A DNA stretch of 64,000 nt, from the NCBI GenBank assembly GCA_021792615.1, contig JAJYUJ010000002.1, forward strand, positions 20,157 to 84,156. The letters run 5' to 3'. Numbering within the stretch: position 1 is the stretch's first letter; each line of letters opens with the position of its first letter. The notes under the pieces are model-generated. The model made no database searches, was not told where the DNA came from, and worked only from the letters and a program-made list of their open reading frames with translations. Source of the DNA: a bacterium (lineage in GTDB: Bacteria > JAMCPX01). The position numbers and the translations under genes are program-made. Of this stretch, positions 58,496 to 64,000 are shown in pieces.

Positions 58496-59455
58496 ATGGA
58501 TCAGGCACACAATCAACTTTTCCTTTTTGCAGAGGATAGGGGGAAAAGGCTTGATGTTTTTTTGACAAACAGCCTTCGGGCGGTCTCGAGGGAAAGGGCA
58601 AAGGCACTCATATCCGCTGGCAAGATCTCCATAAACGGCGTTATCGTTCAAAAACCGGATCACAAATTAAAAGGCGGAGAGAGCATACAGATAGGAACGC
58701 TGGATGATGAAACACCGGTTTTATCGCCGCCCCCTGAATTCATTCCCTTGCCTGTGCTTTACGAAGATGACCATATCATGATCGTGAATAAACCCGCGGG
58801 CGTATCGACACACCCTACCCCCGTCGCTCTTCACAATTCCGTTCTTAACGGGCTGCTCTTCATGAATAAGGCACTCTCCGATATGGGCGACCCTATGCGC
58901 CGGGGCATTGTCCACCGGCTCGACAAACAGACGTGCGGATTACTGATTATAGCCAAGAACAACGAGTCCCATTTAAACCTTTTAAAAATGTTTAAACAAA
59001 GGACTATCCACAAAACCTACATTGCCGTCACGTATAATGTCATGAAGGAACAAACCGGCATTATAGATACCTTCATAGGCCGGCATCCTGTCGACAGAAA
59101 AAAAATGACGACCAAAACAATGAGGGGAAGGAGGGCTGTCACCTCTTTCCGTGTTCTGAAAATGTTCGACGACGCTACGGTTGTAGAACTGTCGCCCCGG
59201 ACCGGGAGAACACACCAGCTGAGAACACAGTTAAGCGACAAAGGGTATCCTATCATAAACGACATGCTCTATTCGAAGAAAAAACCCGTGTTCCGCAGCC
59301 TGCAATTACAGAAAATGGTGTTACTGCTTGACGGCATTGCACTGTTTGCTTATGCACTAAGCTTTCTGCATCCGATCTTTGGCACGCAAATGTCTTTCTC
59401 CGCACCTTTCCCGCTATGGCTGAAGGAGGTATTGAAAGAAGATGAGCTATCTTAA
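58496..59455 (+). CDS. rluD: RluA/RluD-family pseudouridine synthase
   Basis: S4 domain RLD, VNKPAG, GIVHRLDK, TGRTHQLR. Confidence 0.88.
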   Translation: MDQAHNQLFLFAEDRGKRLDVFLTNSLRAVSRERAKALISAGKISINGVIVQKPDHKLKGGESIQIGTLDDETPVLSPPPEFIPLPVLYEDDHIMIVNKPAGVSTHPTPVALHNSVLNGLLFMNKALSDMGDPMRRGIVHRLDKQTCGLLIIAKNNESHLNLLKMFKQRTIHKTYIAVTYNVMKEQTGIIDTFIGRHPVDRKKMTTKTMRGRRAVTSFRVLKMFDDATVVELSPRTGRTHQLRTQLSDKGYPIINDMLYSKKKPVFRSLQLQKMVLLLDGIALFAYALSFLHPIFGTQMSFSAPFPLWLKEVLKEDELS

Positions 59456-60086
59456 GGACGGCTACCTTGAACAGTTTTCCTCAATAGAGCATGGTTTTGG
59501 AACGGCAAGTTCCCTGTGGCCGGAAGATATAATCCTCATGTCTCAGAAACATACGAACCATGTGATAATAATCGAAGACGGTAATGGGGCATACATCCCG
59601 GTTGCCGATGCCCTGTTAACAAGCATACCGGCAAAGCGTCTGGGCGTTAAGACAGCGGACTGCCTTCCAATCCTGCTGTATAATCCCCGGGTAAAGGTAG
59701 CGGGTGCGATCCATGCGGGCTGGCGGGGACTAGCAAACGAAATCATTCTGAACACTATCGATAAACTGCGGACATTTTACGACGCCTCATTGGAAAGCAC
59801 ATTTTTTTCCATAGGACCGGGTATTTGTAAAAACTGCTATGAAGTCGGCAGCGAGGTTATTGACCGACTCAATTCCGTGATCGAGGTCAACGGTGCATTC
59901 AGACAAACGGCGCAACATGCGGGTTTGCTCGACACACGGGCAATAGCAGAAAGGCAGATTCTCAGTGCGGGTGTGCCGCAGTCCAACATATCCCATGTTA
60001 ATTTCTGTACGAGGTGCTCTCCGGGTTTCCATTCACACAGGGCAGGCAGCAAGGAACGGCAGGTGTCTTTTATCAGGATACGGTAA
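59442..60086 (+). CDS. pgeF: PgeF/YfiH purine nucleoside phosphorylase-like protein
   Basis: QKH, TADCLPILL, HAGWRG, IGPGI, CT..SHR; follows rluD. Confidence 0.9.
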   Translation: MSYLKDGYLEQFSSIEHGFGTASSLWPEDIILMSQKHTNHVIIIEDGNGAYIPVADALLTSIPAKRLGVKTADCLPILLYNPRVKVAGAIHAGWRGLANEIILNTIDKLRTFYDASLESTFFSIGPGICKNCYEVGSEVIDRLNSVIEVNGAFRQTAQHAGLLDTRAIAERQILSAGVPQSNISHVNFCTRCSPGFHSHRAGSKERQVSFIRIR

Positions 60087-60177
60087 CCCGGACTATGCAT
60101 TTGGTTGGAACAACAGGGGAATGTATATCATTCATGACGGTATTTACATTGTCTATGAAAGACACTATATTAAAGAG

Positions 60178-60666
60178 ATGGAAAATGCCTTGAAAAAGGG
60201 AAGATACAATGTACTGGCACTTCTCTGCATAGGAATAGGCGGATTGCTGATCCTTGAAAATTATGGATACATAAGAGGAGTGTATAACCTCTGGCCTGTA
60301 TTCCCCCTGATTTTCGGTATAGGGTTTTACCTGCTCTACAGGGACAGGGGCAAAAAGGATTTGCTTTTGCTTGCAATTGGTATATATTTGATACAGTTTA
60401 GTGTACTCGCATTCTATGAGAATTATACTTCATGGTCGAATATGATTTATCTGTGGCCGTTCTTTGTAGGCTTTCTTGGAGTATCGTTTCTATCCATATA
60501 TGTGAGCACGGGACAAGGAATTATATTTTTTCATCTTGCGGTACTGCTTATCGGCTTGTGCGTAGTATTTTTCCTGATATTCTCCGTTGATTACCGGCTA
60601 TGGCCGATTTCGTTGATATTGTTCGGAACAAGTATATTGTTAATAAAGGAGTTTAACAAATCATGA
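60178..60666 (+). CDS. Multi-pass membrane protein (LiaF-TM-like)
   Basis: Three repeated LWP..LI..G hydrophobic segments; start ATG 60178. Confidence 0.7.
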   Translation: MENALKKGRYNVLALLCIGIGGLLILENYGYIRGVYNLWPVFPLIFGIGFYLLYRDRGKKDLLLLAIGIYLIQFSVLAFYENYTSWSNMIYLWPFFVGFLGVSFLSIYVSTGQGIIFFHLAVLLIGLCVVFFLIFSVDYRLWPISLILFGTSILLIKEFNKS

Positions 60667-62078
60667 AAAAAGTTTTGTTCGTGGAACCAAAGGCAGTTGA
60701 GGCAAATGTATTTGCACAATTTATGAACCTGCCCCTCATGGGGCCGCTTTATCTGGGTTCCCTTATAAAGAAAGCTGGGTTCGATGTTAAAATAGTAAAC
60801 GAAAATTTACTGGGAAGAAAATTGACCATGAATGAGCTCGAAGGCGATTTCCTTCTCCTGACTTCGCTGACATCCACCTCCGAGAGGGCGTATGAACTGG
60901 CAAGACAATTCAAACAAAAAAATCCCAATTCCACGGTGATCATGGGAGGCATCCATGCTACGTTCCTTAAAGAGGAGGCGGGCAAGTACGTCGACTATGT
61001 CGTGACTGGCGAGGGTGAGGATGTGATTGTAGATCTTCTCAAAAACGGCTCTGACCAGCGCATTATAAACGGTAAGTTATTGGACACGCTCGATAACCTT
61101 CCGCTCCCGGATTTCAACCTGCTCGTAAACAGCAACAAAATGAGCATTACGCCTATTATGACGTCAAGGGGCTGCCCGTACGACTGCAATTTCTGTTCCG
61201 TGACGAAGATGTTCGGCCAGGGATACAGGACCCTGCCGGTTGACAGGGTGATGGAAGAGCTGCGACAGGTAAAAACCGATTTTGTTTTCTTCTATGACGA
61301 CAACCTCACCGCAAATGTCAACCGCACGCATGAGTTGATGGAGCGCATAGCGAAGGAAAAATTTAAATTCAACTGGTCTGCACAGGTACGAACGGACATT
61401 ACGCGATATCCCGATCTTGTAAAAGACATGAAGAAAGCGGGGTGCGACACGGTGTATATCGGTTTCGAATCCGTCAGCAATGCGACCCTGAACAGCCTCA
61501 GCAAACATCAAACTATCGACGACATACAACGCGCCATAGATGTTTTTCACGGCAACAGCATCCGCATCCACGGCATGTTTATATTCGGCGGAGACGAGGA
61601 TGATAAGTCCATATTCAAAGAGACGGTAAAATTCTCGGTAAAGAACAAGATCGACACTGTCCAGTATATGATCCTGACGCCTTTGCCGGGCACAGAAACC
61701 TATCAGAGGATCGAATCCGAGGGAAGACTCCTGCATAAGATGTGGCATTACTATGACGGCCTGCACGCCGTGTTCCAGCCTAAAAACATGTCGCCGTTCG
61801 AATTGCAACAGGGAATGCTGGATTCCTTTGAAGAGTTTTATTCGTACACGAGATTGCTCAACGAGGCGCTTAATCTTGTCTATGACAGGACCCTGGGAAA
61901 GGCGGTTGGCTTGATCAACTATAAATCTTATCCGGCTTCCACCCTGGCTATAAAATTCGTCGCCAACCATATTGTAAAGAGATGGTCAAAGCTTAACAAG
62001 GATTACATGGCATACCTTTATCAAATAAGGTCCAGTATGAAAAAATCCGCGCAAGCCTTACATCTCAATATGTTTTAG
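60663..62078 (+). CDS. B12-binding domain radical SAM protein
   Basis: GGIHAT, GEGE, SRGCPYDCNFC, DDN, IGFES, LTPLPGT. Confidence 0.9.
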   Translation: MKKVLFVEPKAVEANVFAQFMNLPLMGPLYLGSLIKKAGFDVKIVNENLLGRKLTMNELEGDFLLLTSLTSTSERAYELARQFKQKNPNSTVIMGGIHATFLKEEAGKYVDYVVTGEGEDVIVDLLKNGSDQRIINGKLLDTLDNLPLPDFNLLVNSNKMSITPIMTSRGCPYDCNFCSVTKMFGQGYRTLPVDRVMEELRQVKTDFVFFYDDNLTANVNRTHELMERIAKEKFKFNWSAQVRTDITRYPDLVKDMKKAGCDTVYIGFESVSNATLNSLSKHQTIDDIQRAIDVFHGNSIRIHGMFIFGGDEDDKSIFKETVKFSVKNKIDTVQYMILTPLPGTETYQRIESEGRLLHKMWHYYDGLHAVFQPKNMSPFELQQGMLDSFEEFYSYTRLLNEALNLVYDRTLGKAVGLINYKSYPASTLAIKFVANHIVKRWSKLNKDYMAYLYQIRSSMKKSAQALHLNMF

Positions 62079-62081
62079 GAA

Positions 62082-63527
62082 ATGTACTTTAAAGACCTCA
62101 GGGCATATATCTCCGCCCTTGAAGACAGAGCGGAGATAAAAACAATTAGCAAAGAGGTCTCCCCTGAGCTGGAGGCTGCAGAGATCGCAGACAGGATGAT
62201 TAAGTCGGGCGGACCCGCACTGTTGTTCAAAAACGTCAAAGGCAGCCAATTCCCGCTTTTGATGAATATGTTCGGCACGGAATCGAGAACGGCTTTTTCG
62301 CTCGGTGTCAATGCGCTGAACGACCTCCAGAACAAAATGAAAGTACTGCTTGATCAAAAACCTCCTGAAACGCTCTGGGAAAAGCTCAAGATGATCCCGA
62401 GGTTGAAACAGCTTTCGGACATGCTTCCGAAAATAAACAAGGATGGTCCATGCCATGAGGTTGTCATAAAAGACAATCCCGATCTGAACATGCTGCCCAT
62501 CGTAAAAACGTGGCCAATGGACGGCGGTAAATTCATAACCCTGCCGCTCGTGTTTACGAAAGACCCGGTTACCGGAGAGCGCAATACAGGCATGTACAGG
62601 ATGCAGGTGTATGATGGCAGAACAACCGGCATGCACTGGCATATTCACAAGCATGGAGCCGCACATTTCAGGAAATACCGGCAGCTCGGGAAAAGAATGG
62701 ACGTTGCCGTTGCACTCGGCGTCGACCCGCAGACGATCTACGCTGCAACAGCACCCTTGCCCGACGGCGTCGATGAAATGATCTTCGCGGGGTTCCTGAG
62801 AGAGCAGCCTGTTGAACTTGTACAATGCATCAACTCGGACATAGAAGTGCCTGCTTATGCGGAGTTCGTGCTCGAAGGATATGTCGATCCCGAAGAGATG
62901 CGGACCGAGGGTCCTTTCGGAGACCACACGGGGTACTATTCAATGGAGGACCTCTATCCCGTTTTCCATATCACCGCGATAACGCACCGTAAGGATGCCA
63001 TATATCCGGCAACGATCGTCGGGAAACCGCCCATGGAAGACTGCTTCATCGGCAAGGCAACGGAAAGACTTTTCCTGCCGCTGATCCAGAAGATCCTTCC
63101 CGAAATTGTCGATATCAACCTCCCCATAGAAGGTGTGTTCCACAACATGGCATTCGTGAGCATCGACAAGTCCATACCGGGGCACGCGCGCAAGGTGATC
63201 AACGCACTCTGGGGACTGGGACAATTCATGCTGACCAAAATGATCGTCGTTTTTGATAAGGACGTTGACGTTCAGAACATAAAAGACGTTATCTGGAGGC
63301 TTGGAAACAATGTCGATCCGCAGCGTGATGTCATAATCCAGCAGGGCCCGGTCGATGTGCTGAACCATGCGGCGCCTGAAACAGGTTTCGGTTCGAAGAT
63401 GGGGATCGACGCCACGAAAAAAACCGCTGAAGAAGGACACAGGCGCATCTGGCCTCCGGTCATAGAAATGCCCGATGAGATAAAGGCACTGGTTACAAAA
63501 AGCTGGAAGGAATACGGGTTCGATTGA
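62082..63527 (+). CDS. UbiD-family decarboxylase (MqnL-like, futalosine menaquinone pathway)
   Basis: GPALLF, WPMDGG.FIT, GMYRMQ, EGPFGDHTGYY, GKPPMED, SKMGIDAT. Confidence 0.9.
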   Translation: MYFKDLRAYISALEDRAEIKTISKEVSPELEAAEIADRMIKSGGPALLFKNVKGSQFPLLMNMFGTESRTAFSLGVNALNDLQNKMKVLLDQKPPETLWEKLKMIPRLKQLSDMLPKINKDGPCHEVVIKDNPDLNMLPIVKTWPMDGGKFITLPLVFTKDPVTGERNTGMYRMQVYDGRTTGMHWHIHKHGAAHFRKYRQLGKRMDVAVALGVDPQTIYAATAPLPDGVDEMIFAGFLREQPVELVQCINSDIEVPAYAEFVLEGYVDPEEMRTEGPFGDHTGYYSMEDLYPVFHITAITHRKDAIYPATIVGKPPMEDCFIGKATERLFLPLIQKILPEIVDINLPIEGVFHNMAFVSIDKSIPGHARKVINALWGLGQFMLTKMIVVFDKDVDVQNIKDVIWRLGNNVDPQRDVIIQQGPVDVLNHAAPETGFGSKMGIDATKKTAEEGHRRIWPPVIEMPDEIKALVTKSWKEYGFD

Positions 63528-64000
63528 AAAGATACACCTATCAACAGCTCTCCAGCATCGACAAATCATACCTATGGCATCCATTTACCCAGATGAAGTC
63601 ATGGGAAAAAGAAGAGATCCTGATCATAGAAAAGGGCAGCGGGAATTATCTCATCGACGTAAACGGTAAACGATACCTCGACGGCGTGGCTTCCCTGTGG
63701 GCGAATGTCCACGGGCATAGAAACAAAAAAATAGACGGTGCTGTCGATAATCAGCTGAAAAAGATTGCACATTCTACGTTTCTCGGGCTGAGCCACCCGG
63801 GTGCGATTATTCTCTCCAGGATGTTAATTGACATTGCACCTGATGGATTGAAGAGGGTTTTCTATTCGGACAGCGGGGCAACGGCAGTGGAGATTGCAAT
63901 CAAGATCGCGCTCCAGTACTGGTTCAATACCGGAAAACCGCAGCGGCATATATTCGTTTCACTGAACAATGCTTATCACGGCGACACCATAGGCTCTGTG
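63524..64000 (+). CDS. bioA: Adenosylmethionine-8-amino-7-oxononanoate aminotransferase (partial, runs off window)
   Basis: TTG start overlapping ubiD stop; LWHPFTQMK, YLDGVASLWANVHGH, FYSDSGATAVEIAIK, AYHGDT. Confidence 0.92.
   Translation, partial: MKRYTYQQLSSIDKSYLWHPFTQMKSWEKEEILIIEKGSGNYLIDVNGKRYLDGVASLWANVHGHRNKKIDGAVDNQLKKIAHSTFLGLSHPGAIILSRMLIDIAPDGLKRVFYSDSGATAVEIAIKIALQYWFNTGKPQRHIFVSLNNAYHGDTIGSV

Noticed and set aside
59965-60177. Extended N-terminus of the membrane protein ORF
   Set aside because: Overlaps pgeF and spans a likely promoter (TTTACA-17-TATATT); ATG 60178 is more plausible
61164-63584. Long minus-strand ORFs (268, 289, 214 aa)
   Set aside because: Antisense shadows of the radical SAM and UbiD genes

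Overview
Chromosomal window of a probable deltaproteobacterial-type (Desulfobacterota/Myxococcota-like) dissimilatory sulfur-cycling bacterium. Left end (minus strand): sat-aprBA-qmoABC, preceded by a CoA-disulfide/persulfide reductase-rhodanese fusion and a 9-heme surface lipoprotein cytochrome. Middle: housekeeping blocks (pgpA-thpR-recA-pilT-alaS-rpmB; tmk-holB-PSP1-metG; rpe; pepA-cobO-acyl-CoA mutase; ROK-tkt; SCP2-ADH-SCP2-thioesterase-pgi), secreted lipoproteins, small dispersed repeats/MITE-like elements and one pseudogene fragment. Right: a hybrid tmcDCB-hmcADBC membrane redox cluster with a two-component system, then gntR-HNH-patatin-rluD-pgeF, a B12 radical SAM gene, a UbiD/MqnL decarboxylase and a partial bioA. 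Main novel signal: one 15-bp operator (TGTAYA-YTG-TAYRCA) sits in four promoters (sat-apr-qmo, persulfide reductase, tmc/hmc, and a GntR/FadR gene), 18 bp identical between sat and gntR, suggesting a GntR-controlled sulfur-respiration regulon. All gene calls rest on motif recognition by eye; no database searches were run.
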